Shown here: positions 39,065 to 53,241 of the stretch, one piece after another
Numbering within the stretch: the stretch's first letter is position 1
Layout of the letters: every line of letters begins with the position of its first letter
Program-made: the position numbers and the translations under genes
From: the human T2T-CHM13v2.0 reference genome, Homo sapiens
Reading direction: 5' to 3' (one strand)
DNA: 64,000 bases
Assembly (NCBI RefSeq): GCF_009914755.1
Contig: NC_060948.1
Notes under the pieces: generated by a model
Told to the model about the DNA's origin: nothing
What the model saw: the letters and a program-made list of their open reading frames with translations, nothing else
Databases searched by the model: none

Positions 39065-42000
39065 ATGGAATCAAATCAATGGAATCTAATCAAATGGAAT
39101 GGAAAGGAATTGAATGGAGTAGATTGGATTGGATGGGATTGGAATGAAATGTACTGGAAAGGACTCGAATTTCATGAAACGGAATGGAATGAATTGGAAC
39201 GGAATGGACTCGAATGGAATGGAATGTCATGGAATGGCATCAAATGGAATGGCATCAAATGGAATGGAATCGAATGCAATGGAATGCTATGGAATGGAAT
39301 GGAATGCATTGGAATGGAATGTCCTCTAATGGAATGGATTCGAGTGGAATGGAATCGAATATAATGGAGTCGAATGAAATGGAATTGAAAGGAATGGGAT
39401 CGAATACAATGGAATATACTGGAATGAAATGTAATGAACTCGAATGTAATTGACTGGAATGGAATGTACATGAATGGAATGTAATCGAATGGAAAGTAAT
39501 CCAATGGAATAGAATCTAATGCAATAAAATCGACTCAAATAGAGTAGAATGTAATGGAATGGAGTGCAGTGCAATGGAATGGAATGGAATGGAATGGAAT
39601 GGAATGGAATGGGATGGAATGGTATGGAATGGATAGTAATGGACTGGAGTGAAATGGACTGGAAAGGAATGGACTCAAATTGAAAGGGCTCGAAAGGAAT
39701 GGAGTCAAATGGAATGATCTGGAATGGAATGAACACGAATGTAATGCAATCCAATAGAATGGAATCGAATGGCATGGAATATAAAGAAATGGAATCGAAG
39801 AGAATGGAAACAAATGGAATGGAATTGAATGGAATGGAATTGAATGGAATGGGAAGGAATGGAGTGAAATTGTATGCAGTAGAAGAGAATAGAATGGAAT
39901 GCAAGCGAAAGGAAAGGAATGGATTGGAATGGAATGGAATTCATTGGAATGGAAGGGAATGTAGTGTAATGGACAGGCCTGGAATAAAGTGGAATGCTAC
40001 GGTCTCGAATGGAATAAAAATGTATGGAATGGAATGCAATGAAACGGAATCGAATGTCATAGAATGTAATGGAATGCAAAAAATGGATTCCAAAATCATT
40101 GACTGGAAAGGCTGGGTGTCGAAAGGAATTGACTCCAATGGAATGGAATCGAATGGAATGGAAGTGAATAGAATCGAACTAAATCGAATGGAATGGAATT
40201 GATAGGAACGGAATGGAAAAGAATGCAATGATTTGGCATGGAATGGAATCGAATGGCATCGAATGGAATGGAATGGAATGCAATGGAATGGAATGTGTTA
40301 GAATGTAATGAACTTTAATGGAATGTACTCGAATGGATTCGACTGGAATGGAATGTTCTGGAAGTGAATGGACTCCAATGGAATGGATTCAAAAGGAATG
40401 GAATCGTACGGAATGGAATCTAATGGAATGGAATTAAATGGAAATGAATCAAATGGAATAGCACGGAATTGAATTGAATGGAATCGAGTGCAATGGAATC
40501 TAATGAAACGGAAAGGAAAGGAATGGAATGGAATGGAATGGGCTGGAATGGAAAGGAATCGAAATGAATGGAATGGAATCGAACTGAAGAGACTGGAATG
40601 GAATGCACTGGAATGGAAGGGAGTGTAATGGAAGGTTCTCGAAAAAAATGGAATCGAATGGAATGGAATTGAATGGAACGGAATAGAGTCGAATGGAATT
40701 GAATGGAATGGAATGGACTAGAGTGAAATGGAATAGAACCACAAGGAATGGACAGGAATAGAATAGTCTCGAATTGAATGGAATCGTATGGAATGGCATC
40801 AAACGGAATGGAATGGATAGCCACGGAATGGAATGCACTCCAATGCAATGGAGTCGAAACTAATGGACTGGAATAGAATGGACTCGACTGGTACGGACTC
40901 CAATGGAATGGAATCGAATGGAAGGAAATCGAATGGAATGGACTCGAAGGGAAAAGACTGCAATGGAATGGTCTCGAATGGAATGGAAATTAATGGAATG
41001 GAATGGAATCGAATGAAATGGAGTCAAAAGGAATGGAATCGAATGGCAAGAAATCGAATGTAATGGAATCGCAAGGAATTGATGTGAAAGGAACAGAATG
41101 GAATGGAATCCAAAGGAATGGAATAGAATGGAATGGAATCGAATGGAAAGGACTCGAATGGAAATCACTCGAATAGAATGCAATTTAATAAAATAGGATC
41201 AAATGTAATGGAATGGAATGGAAAGGAATCGAAACGAAAGGAATGGAGACAGATGGAATGGAATGGAACAGAGAGCAATGGTATAGAATGGAATGGAATC
41301 ATCTGGAATGGAATTGAATGGAATGGAATAATATGAAATGGAATGGAATGGAATGGAATGCCCTTGAATTAAATGGACTGGAATGGAATGGACTCGAACA
41401 GAGTGGAATGGAAAGTGTTGAGATAGAATGGAATGGACTCCTTTGGAATGGTGTAGTATGCAATGCAATCGACTGGCAGGGAATCAAAAGGAATGTAATC
41501 GAATGGATTGGACTGGAATGCAATGGACTCGAATAGATTGGAAACGGAATGCAAAGGAATGGAATGGAATAGTATGGAATGGAATGGAAAGGAATGGAGT
41601 GGAATAGACTAGAGTGGAATGGAATGGACTGGAAAGCAATGGACTGGAATGGAACTTTCTTGAATGGACTGGAATCAAACGGAATGGAATGCAATGCAAT
41701 CAAATGGCATGGAATAAAATAGAATGAAAGAGAATCAAATGGAATTGAATCGAATGGAATCGAATGGATTGGAAAGGAATAGAATGGAATGGAATGGAAT
41801 TGACTCAAATGGAATGGACTAGAATGGAATGGATTCGAATGGAAGGCAAAGGAATGGAATCTATTGGAATGGACTGTAATGGAATGGAATGGAAGGGATT
41901 GGAATGGACTCGAATGCAATGGACTGCAATAGAAAGGATTCGAATGGAATGAAAAAGAATTGAATGGAATAGAACAGAATGGAATCAAATCGAATGAAAT

Positions 42001-42592
42001 GGAATGGAATAGAAAGGAATGGAATGAAATGGAATGGAAAGGATTCGAATGGAATGCAATCGAATGGAATGGAATCGAACGGAATGGAATAAAATGGAAG
42101 AAAACTGGCAAGAAATGGAATCGAAATGAATGGAGTGTTATGGAACGGACTCAAAAGGAATTGAATGTAATAGAATGGAGTGGAGTGGACTCGAATATAA
42201 TGGACTGGAATGGAATGAAATCACATGGAATGGGAACGAATGGAATGGAATGGAAAGGAATGGAATCGAATGGAAAGGAATCGAACGGAAGGGAATAAAA
42301 TTGAATCAACAGGAATGGAAGGGAATAGAATAGACGGTAATGGAATGGACTCGAATAGAATGGACACGAATGCTCAAATTGAATGGACTCGAAAGGAATG
42401 GAAAGGAAAGGAATGTCATCGAATGGAATTGAATCGATTGGAATGAAATCGCATAGAATGGAGTGGAATCAAATGGAATTGAATCGAAAGGAAAGGAAGC
42501 GAATGGACTGAAATGAAATGGAATGGAATTGAATGGAAATTAATGCAATGGAATAGAATGGAACGAAATTTCACGGAATGGAATCAAACTGA
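39065..42592 (+). repeat. DYZ1 unit 12 (3528 bp; subfamily C)
   Basis: A6 tract at ~40078, plus GTGTTAG, GGGAAGGAAT and GGATAGCCACG variants. Confidence 0.9.
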
Positions 42593-45500
42593 ATGGAATC
42601 AAATCAATGGAATCTAATCAAATGGAATGGAAAGGAATTGAATGGAGTAGATTGGATTGGATGGGATTGGAATGAAATGTACTGGAAAGGACTCGAATTT
42701 CATGAAACGGAATGGAATGAATTGGAACGGAATGGACTCGAATGGAATGGAATGTCATGGAATGGCATCAAATGGAATGGCATCAAATGGAATGGAATCG
42801 AATGCAATGGAATGCTATGGAATGGAATGGAATGCATTGGAATGGAATGTCCTCTAATGGAATGGATTCGAGTGGAATGGAATCGAATATAATGGAGTCG
42901 AATGAAATGGAATTGAAAGGAATGGGATCGAATAGAATGGAATATACTGGAATGTAATGTAATGAACTCGAATGTAATTGACTGGAATGGAATGTACATG
43001 AATGGAATGTAATCGAATGGAAAGTAATCCAATGGAATAGAATCTAATGCAATAAAATCGACTCAAATAGAGTAGAATGTAATGGAATGGAGTGCAGTGC
43101 AATGGAATGGAATGGAATGGAATGCAATGGAATAGAATGGAATGGAATGGAATGGGATGGAATGGTATGGAATGGATAGTAATGGACTGGAGTGAAATGG
43201 ACTGGAAAGGAATGGACTCAAATTGAAAGGGCTCGAAAGGAATGGAGTCAAATGGAATGGTCTGGAATGGAATGAACACGAATGTAATGCAATCCAATAG
43301 AATGGAATCGAATGGCATGGAATTTAAAGAAATGGAATCGAAGAGAATGGAAACAAATGGAATGGAATTGAATGGAATGGAATTGAATGGAATGGGAAGG
43401 AATGGAGTGAAATTGTATGCAGTAGAAGAGAATAGAATGGAATGCAAGCGAAAGGAAAGGAATGGATTGGAATGGAATGGAATTCATTGGAATGGAAGGG
43501 AATGTAGTGTAATGGACAGGCCTGGAATAAAGTGGAATGCTACGGTCTCGAATGGAATAAAAATGTATGGAATGGAATGCAATGAAACGGAATCGAATGT
43601 CATAGAATGTAATGGAATGCAAAAAATGGAATCCAAAATCATTGACTGGAAAGGCTGGGTGTCGAAAGGAATTGACTCCAATGGAATGGAATCGAATGGA
43701 ATGGAAGTGAATAGAATCGAACTAAATCGAATGGAATGGAATTGATAGGAACGGAATGGAAAAGAATGCAATGATTTGGCATGGAATGGAATCGAATGGC
43801 ATCGAATGGAATGGAATGGAATGCAATGGAATGGAATGTGTTAGAATGTAATGAACTTTAATGGAATGTACTCGAATGGATTCGACTGGAATGGAATGTT
43901 CTGGAAGTGAATGGACTCCAATGGAATGGATTCAAAAGGAATGGAATCGTACGGAATGGAATCTAATGGAATGGAATTAAATGGAAATGAATCAAATGGA
44001 ATAGCACGGAATTGAATTGAATGGAATCGAGTGCAATGGAATCTAATGAAACGGAAAGGAAAGGAATGGAATGGAATGGAATGGGCTGGAATGGAAAGGA
44101 ATCGAAATGAATGGAATGGAATCGAACTGAAGAGACTGGAATGGAATGCACTGGAATGGAAGGGAGTGTAATGGAAGGTTCTCGAAAAAAATGGAATCGA
44201 ATGGAATGGAATTGAATGGAACGGAATAGAGTCGAATGGAATTGAATGGAATGGAATGGACTAGAGTGAAATGGAATAGAACCACAAGGAATGGACAGGA
44301 ATAGAATAGTCTCGAATTGAATGGAATCGTATGGAATGGCATCAAACGGAATGGAATGGATAGCCACGGAATGGAATGCACTCCAATGCAATGGAGTCGA
44401 AACTAATGGACTGGAATAGAATGGACTCGACTGGTACGGACTCCAATGGAATGGAATCGAATGGAAGGAAATCGAATGGAATGGACTCGAAGGGAAAAGA
44501 CTGCAATGGAATGGTCTCGAATGGAATGGAAATTAATGGAATGGAATGGAATCGAATGAAATGGAGTCAAAAGGAATGGAATCGAATGGCAAGAAATCGA
44601 ATGTAATGGAATCGCAAGGAATTGATGTGAAAGGAACAGAATGGAATGGAATCCAAAGGAATGGAATAGAATGGAATGGAATCGAATGGAAAGGACTCGA
44701 ATGGAAATCACTCGAATAGAATGCAATTTAATAAAATAGGATCAAATGTAATGGAATGGAATGGAAAGGAATCGAAACGAAAGGAATGGAGACAGATGGA
44801 ATGGAATGGAACAGAGAGCAATGGTATAGAATGGAATGGAATCATCTGGAATGGAATTGAATGGAATGGAATAATATGAAATGGAATGGAATGGAATGGA
44901 ATGGAATGCCCTTGAATTAAATGGACTGGAATGGAATGGACTCGAACAGAGTGGAATGGAAAGTGTTGAGATAGAATGGAATGGACTCCTTTGGAATGGT
45001 GTAGTATGCAATGCAATCGACTGGCAGGGAATCAAAAGGAATGTAATCGAATGGATTGGACTGGAATGCAATGGACTCGAATAGATTGGAAACGGAATGC
45101 AAAGGAATGGAATGGAATAGTATGGAATGGAATGGAAAGGAATGGAGTGGAATAGACTAGAGTGGAATGGAATGGACCTGAAAGCAATGGACTGGAATGG
45201 AACTTTCTTGAATGGACTGGAATCAAACGGAATGGAATGCAATGCAATCAAATGGCATGGAATAAAATAGAATGAAAGAGAATCAAATGGAATTGAATCG
45301 AATGGAATCGAATGGATTGGAAAGGAATAGAATGGAATGGAATGGAATTGACTCAAATGGAATGGACTAGAATGGAATGGATTCGAATGGAAGGCAAAGG
45401 AATGGAATCTATTGGAATGGACTGTAATGGAATGGAATGGAAGGGATTGGAATGGACTCGAATGGAATGGACTGCAATAGAAAGGATTCGAATGGAATGA

Positions 45501-46140
45501 AAAAGAATTGAATGGAATAGAACAGAATGGAATCAAATCGAATGAAATGGAATGGAATAGAAAGGAATGGAATGAAATGGAATGGAAAGGATTCGAATGG
45601 AATGCAATCGAATGGAATGGAATCGAACGGAATGGAATAAAATGGAAGAAAACTGGCAAGAAATGGAATCGAAATGAATGGAGTGTTATGGAACGGACTC
45701 AAAAGGAATTGAATGTAATAGAATGGAGTGGAGTGGACTCGAATATAATGGACTGGAATGGAATGAAATCACATGGAATGGGAACGAATGCAATGGAATG
45801 GAAAGGAATGGAATCGAATGGAAAGGAATCGAATGGAAGGGAATGAAATTGAATCAACAGGAATGGAAGGGAATAGAATAGACGGTAATGGAATGGACTC
45901 GAATAGAATGGACACGAATGCTCAAATTGAATGGACTCGAAAGGAATGGAAAGGAAAGGAATGTCATCGAATGGAATTGAATCGATTGGAATGAAATCGC
46001 ATAGAATGGAGTGGAATCAAATGGAATTGAATCGAAAGGAAAGGAAGCGAATGGACTGAAATGAAATGGAATGGAATTGAATGGAAATTAATGCAATGGA
46101 ATAGAATGGAACGAAATTTCACGGAAAGGAATCAAACTGA
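42593..46140 (+). repeat. DYZ1 unit 13 (3548 bp; subfamily C)
   Basis: Same markers as unit 12. Confidence 0.9.
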
Positions 46141-49100
46141 ATGGAATCAAATCAATGGAATATAATCAAATGGAATGGAAAGGAATTGAATGGAGTAGAT
46201 TGGATTGGATGGGATTGGAATGAAATGTACTGGAAAGGACTCGAATTTCATGAAACGGAATGGAATGAATTGGAACGGAATGGACTCGAATGGAATGGAA
46301 TGTCATGGAATGGCATCAAATGGAATGGCATCAAATGGAATGGAATCGAATGCAATGGAATGCTATGGAATGGAATGGAATGCATTGGAATGGAATGTCC
46401 TCTAATGGAATGGATTCGAGTGGAATGGAATCGAATATAATGGAGTCTAATGAAATGGAATTGAAAGGAATGGGATCGAATAGAATGGAATATACTGGAA
46501 TGTAATGTAATGAACTCGAATGTAATTGACTGGAATGGAATGTACATGAATGGAATGTAATCGAATGGAAAGTAATCCAATGGAATAGAATCTAATGCAA
46601 TAAAATCGACTCAAATAGAGTAGAATGTAATGGAATGGAGTGCAGTGCAATGGAATGGAATGGAATGGAATGCAATGGAATAGAATGGAATGGAATGGAA
46701 TGGGATGGAATGGTATGGAATGGATAGTAATGGACTGGAGTGAAATGGACTGGAAAGGAATGGACTCAAATTGAAAGGGCTCGAAAGGAATGGAGTCAAA
46801 TGGAATGGTCTGGAATGGAATGAACACGAATGTAATGCAATCCAATAGAATGGAATCGAATGGCATGGAATTTAAAGAAATGGAATCGAAGAGAATGGAA
46901 ACAAATGGAATGGAATTGAATGGAATGGAATTGAATGGAATGGGAAGGAATGGAGTGAAATTGTATGCAGTAGAAGAGAATAGAATGGAATGCAAGCGAA
47001 AGGAAAGGAATGGATTGGAATGGAATGGAATTCATTGGAATGGAAGGGAATGTAGTGTAATGGACAGGCCTGGAATAAAGTGGAATGCTACGGTCTCGAA
47101 TGGAATAAAAATGTATGGAATGGAATGCAATGAAACGGAATCGAATGTCATAGAATGTAATGGAATGCAAAAAATGGAATCCAAAATCATTGACTGGAAA
47201 GGCTGGGTGTCGAAAGGAATTGACTCCAATGGAATGGAATCGAATGGAATGGAAGTGAATAGAATCGAACTAAATCGAATGGAATGGAATTGATAGGAAC
47301 GGAATGGAAAAGAATGCAATGATTTGGCATGGAATGGAATCGAATGGCATCGAATGGAATGGAATGGAATGCAATGGAATGGAATGTGTTAGAATGTAAT
47401 GAACTTTAATGGAATGTACTCGAATGGATTCGACTGGAATGGAATGTTCTGGAAGTGAATGGACTCCAATGGAATGGATTCAAAAGGAATGGAATCGTAC
47501 GGAATGGAATCTAATGGAATGGAATTAAATGGAAATGAATCAAATGGAATAGCACGGAATTGAATTGAATGGAATCGAGTGCAATGGAATCTAATGAAAC
47601 GGAAAGGAAAGGAATGGAATGGAATGGAATGGGCTGGAATGGAAAGGAATCGAAATGAATGGAATGGAATCGAACTGAAGAGACTGGAATGGAATGCACT
47701 GGAATGGAAGGGAGTGTAATGGAAGGTTCTCGAAAAAAATGGAATCGAATGGAATGGAATTGAATGGAACGGAATAGAGTCGAATGGAATTGAATGGAAT
47801 GGAATGGACTAGAGTGAAATGGAATAGAACCACAAGGAATGGACAGGAATAGAATGGTCTCGAATTGAATGGAATCGTATGGAATGGCATCAAACGGAAT
47901 GGAATGGATAGCCACGGAATGGAATGCACTCGAATGCAATGGAGTCGAACCTAATGGACTGGAATAGAATGGACTCGACTGGTACGGACTCCAATGGAAT
48001 GGAATCGAATGGAAGGGAATCGAATGGAATGGACTCGAAGGGAAAAGACTGCAATGGAAAGGTCTCGAATGGAATGGAAATTAATGGAATGGAATGGAAT
48101 CGAATGAAATGGAGTCAAAAGGAATGGAATCGAATGGCAAGAAATCGAATGTAATGGAATCACAAGGAATTGATGTGAACGGAACGGAATGGAATGGAAT
48201 CCAAAGTAATGGAATAGAATGGAATGGAATCGAATGGAAAGGACTCGAATGGAAATCACTCGAATAGAATGCAATTTAATAAAATAGGATCAAATGTAAT
48301 GGAATGGAATGGAAAGGAATCGAAACGAAAGGAATGGAGACAGATGGAATGGAATGGAACAGAGAGCAATGGTATAGAATGGAATGGAATCATCTGGAAT
48401 GGAATTGAATGGAATGGAATAATATGAAATGGAATGGAATAGAATGGAATGGAATGGAATGCCCTTGAATTAAATGGACTGGAATGGAATGGCCTCGAAC
48501 AGAGTGGAATGGAAAGTGTTGAGACAGAATGCAATGGACTCCTTCGGAATGGTGTAGTATGCAATGCAATCGACTGGCAGGGAATCAAAAGAAATGTAAT
48601 CGAATGGATTGGACTGGAATGCAATGGACTCGAATAGATTGGAAACGGAATGCAAAGGAATGGAATGGAATAGTATGGAATGGAATGGAAAGGAATGGAG
48701 TGGAATAGACTAGAGTGGAATGGAATGGACTGGAAAGCAATGGACTGGAATGGAACTTTCTTGAATGGACTGGAATCAAACGGAATGGAATGCAATGCAA
48801 TCAAATGGCATGGAATAAAATAGAATGAAAGAGAATCAAATGGAATTGAATCGAATGGAATCGAATGGATTGGAAAGGAATAGAATGGAATGGAATGGAA
48901 TTGACTCGAATGGAATGGACTAGAATGGAATGGATTCGAATGGAAGGCAAAGGAATGGAATCTATTGGAATGGACTGTAATGGAATGGAATGGAAGGGAT
49001 TGGAATGGACTCGAATGGAATGGACTGCAATAGAAAGGATTCGAATGGAATGAAAAAGAATTGAATGGAATAGAACAGAATGGAATCAAATCGAATGAAA

Positions 49101-49692
49101 TGGAATGGAATAGAAAGGAAAGGAATGAAATGGAATGGAAAGGATTCGAATGGAATGCAATCGAATGGAATGGAATCGAACGGAATGGAATAAAATGGAA
49201 GAAAACTGGCAAGAAATGGAATCGAAATGAATGGAGTGTTATGGAACGGACTCAAAAGGAATTGAATGTAATAGAATGGAGTGGAGTGGACTCGAATATA
49301 ATGGACTGGAATGGAATGAAATCACATGGAATGGGAACGAATGGAATGGAATGGAAAGGAATGGAATCGAATGGAAAGGAATCGAATGGAAGGGAATGAA
49401 ATTGAATCAACAGGAATGGAAGGGAATAGAATAGACGGTAATGGAATGGACTCGAATAGAATGGACACGAATGCTCAAATTGAATGGACTCGAATGGAAT
49501 GGAAACGAAAGGAATGTCATCGAATGGAATTGAATCGATTGGAATTAAATCGCAAGAATGGAGTGGAATCAAATGAAATTGAATCGAAAGGAAAGGAAGC
49601 GAATGGACTGAAATGAAATGGAATGGAATTGAATGGAAAGTAATGCAATGGAATAGAATGGAACGAAATTTCACGGAATGGAATCAAACTGA
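46141..49692 (+). repeat. DYZ1 unit 14 (3552 bp; subfamily C in its 5' half)
   Basis: Subfamily C markers extend to ~48000. It has an extra GGCC at 48491 and a 1-bp deletion at ~49554. Confidence 0.9.
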
Positions 49693-52600
49693 AAGGAATC
49701 AAATCAATGGAATCTAATCAAATGGAATGGAAAGGAATTGAATGGAGTAGATTGGATTGGATGGGATTGGAGTGAAATGTACTGGAAAGGACTCGAATTT
49801 CATGAAACGGAATGGAATGAATTGGAACGGAATGGACTCGAATGGAATGGAATGTCATGGAATGGCATCAAATGGAATGGCATCAAATGGAATGGAATCG
49901 AATGCAATGGAATGCTATGGAATGGAATGGAATGCATTGGAATGGAATGTCCTCTAATGGAATGGATTCGAGTGGAATGGAATCGAATATAATGGAGTCG
50001 AATGAAATGGAATTGAAAGGAATGGGATCGAATACAATGGAATATACTGGAATGTAATGTAATGAACTCGAATGTAATTGACTGGAATGGAATGTACATG
50101 AATGGAATGTAATCGAATGGAAAGTAATCCAATGGAATAGAATCTAATGCAATAAAATCGACTCAGATAGAGTAGAATGTAATGGAATGGAGTGCAGTGG
50201 AATGGAATGGAATGGAATGGAACGCAATGGAATGGAATGGAATGGAATGGAATGGGATGGAATGGTATGGAATGGATAGTAATGGACTGGAGTGAAATGG
50301 ACTGGAAACGAATGGACTCAAATTGAAAGGGCTCGAAAGGAATGGAGTCAAATGGAATGGTCTGGAATGGAATGAACACGAATGTAATGCAATCCAATAG
50401 AATGGAATCGAATGGCATGGAATATAAAGAAATGGAATCGAAGAGAATGGAAACAAATGGAATGGAATTGAATGGAATGGAATTGAATGGAATGGGAACG
50501 AATGGAGTGAAATTGTATGCAGTAGAAGAGAATAGAATGGAATGCAAGCGAAAGGAAAGGAATGGATTAGAATGGAATGGAATTCATTGGAATGGAAGGG
50601 AATGTAGTGTAATGGACAGGCCTGGAATAAAGTGGAATGCTACGGTCTCGAATGGAATAAAAATGTATGGAATGGAATGCAATGAAATGGAATCGAATGT
50701 CATAGAATGTAATGGAATGCAAAAAAATGGAATCCAAAATCATTGACTGGAAAGGCTGGGTGTCGAAAGGAATTGACTCCAATGGAATGGAATCGAATGG
50801 AATGGAAGTGAATAGAATCGAACTAAATCGAATGGAATGGAATTGATAGGAACGGAATGGAAAGGAATGCAATGATTTGGCATGGAATGGAATCGAATGG
50901 CATCGAATGGAATGGAATGGAATGCAATGGAATGGAATGTATTAGAATGTAATGAACTTTAATGGAATGTACTCGAATGGATTCGACTGGAATGGAATGT
51001 TCTGGAAGTGAATGGACTCCAATGGAATGGATTCAAAAGGAATGGAATCGTACGGAATGGAATCTAATGGAATGGAATTAAATGGAAATGAATCAAATTG
51101 AATAGCACGGAATTGAATTGAATGGAATGGAATGCAATGGAATCTAATGAAACGGAAAGGAAAGGAATGGAATGGAATGGAATGGGCTGGAATGGAAAGG
51201 AATCGAAACGAATGGAATGGAATCGAACTGAAGAGACTGGAATGGAATGCACTGGAATGGAAGGGAGTGTAATGGAAGGTTCTCGAAAGAAATGGAATGG
51301 AATGGAATGGAATGGAATGGAACGGAATAGAGTCGAATGGAATTGAATGGAATGGAATGGACTAGAGTGAAATGGAATCGAACCACAAGGAATGGACAGG
51401 AATAGAATGGTCTCGAATTGAATGGAATCGTATGGAATGGCATCAAACGGAATGGAATGGACAGCCACGGAATGGAATGCACTCGAATGCAATGGAGTCG
51501 AAACTAATGGACTGGAATAGAATGGACTCGACTGGTACGGACTCCAATGGAATGGAATCGAATGGAAGGGAATCGAACGGAATGGACTCGAAGGGAAAAG
51601 ACTGCAATGGAAAGGTCTCGAATGGAATGGAAATTAATGGAATGGAATGGAATCGAATGAAATGGAGTCAAAAGGAATGGAATCGAATGGCAAGAAATCG
51701 AATGTAATGGAATCGCAAGGAATTGATGTGAACGGAACGGAATGGAATGGAATCCAAAGGAATGGAATAGAATGGAATGGAATCGAATGGAAAGGACTCG
51801 AATGGAAATCACTCGAATAGAATGCAATTTAATAAAATAGGATCAAATGTAATGGAATGGAATGGAAAGGAATCGAAACGAAAGGAATGGAGACAGATGG
51901 AATGGAATGGAACAGAGAGCAATGGTATAGAATGGAATGGAATCATCTGGAATGGAATTGAATGGAATGGACTAATATGAAATGGAATGGAATGGAATGG
52001 AATGGAATGCCCTTGAATTAAATGGACTGGAATGGAATGGACTCGAACAGAGTGGAATGGAAAGTGTTGAGATAGAATTGAATGGACTCCTTTGGAATGG
52101 AGTAGTATGCAATGCAATCGACTGGCAGGGAATCAAAAGGAATGTAATCGAATGGATTGGACTGGAATGCAATGGACTCGAATAGATTGGAAACGGAATG
52201 CAAAGGAATGGAATGGAATAGTATGGAATGGAATGGAAAGGAATGGAGTGGAATAGACTAGAGTGGAATGGAATGGACTGGAAAGCAATGGACTGGAATG
52301 GAACTTTCTTGAATGGACTGGAATCAAACGGAATGGAATGCAATGCAATCAAATGGCATGGAATAAAATAGAATGAAAGAGAATCAAATGGAATTGAATC
52401 GAATGGAATCGAATGGATTGGAAAGGAATAGAATGGAATGGAATGGAATTGACTCAAATGGAATGGACTAGAATGGAATGGATTCGAATGGAAGGCAAAG
52501 GAATGGAATCTATTGGAATGGACTGTAATGGAATGGAATGGAAAGGATTGGAATGGACTCGAATGGAATGGACTGCAATAGAAAGGATTCGAATGGAATG

Positions 52601-53241
52601 AAAAAGAATTGAATGGAATAGAACAGAATGGAATCAAATCGAATGAAATGGAATGGAATAGAAAGGAATGGAATGAAATGGAATGGAAAGGATTCGAATG
52701 GAATGCAATCGAATGGAATGGAATCGAACGGAATGGAATAAAATGGAAGAAAACTGGCAAGAAATGGAATCGAAATGAATGGAGTGTTATGGAACGGACT
52801 CAAAAGGAATTGAATGTAATAGAATGGAGTGGAGTGGACTCGAATATAATGGACTGGAATGGAATGAAATCACATGGAATGGGAACGAATGGAATGGAAT
52901 GGAAAGGAATGGAATCGAATGGAAAGGAATCGAATGGAAGGGAATGAAATTGAATCAACAGGAATGGAAGGGAATAGAATAGACGGTAATGGAATGGACT
53001 CGAATAGAATGGACACGAATGCTCAAATTGAATGGACTCGAATGGAATGGAAACGAAAGGAATGTCATCGAATGGAATTGAATCGATTGGAATGAAATCG
53101 CATAGAATGGAGTGGAATCAAATGGAATTGAATCGAAAGGAAAGGAAGCGAATGGACTGAAATGAAATGGAATGGAATTGAATGGAAAGTCATGCAATGG
53201 AATAGAATGGAACGAAATTTCACGGAATGGAATCAAACTGA
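49693..53241 (+). repeat. DYZ1 unit 15 (3549 bp)
   Basis: The anchor is mutated to AAGGAATCAAATCAATGG at 49693; landmark GGCC at 50619. Confidence 0.9.
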
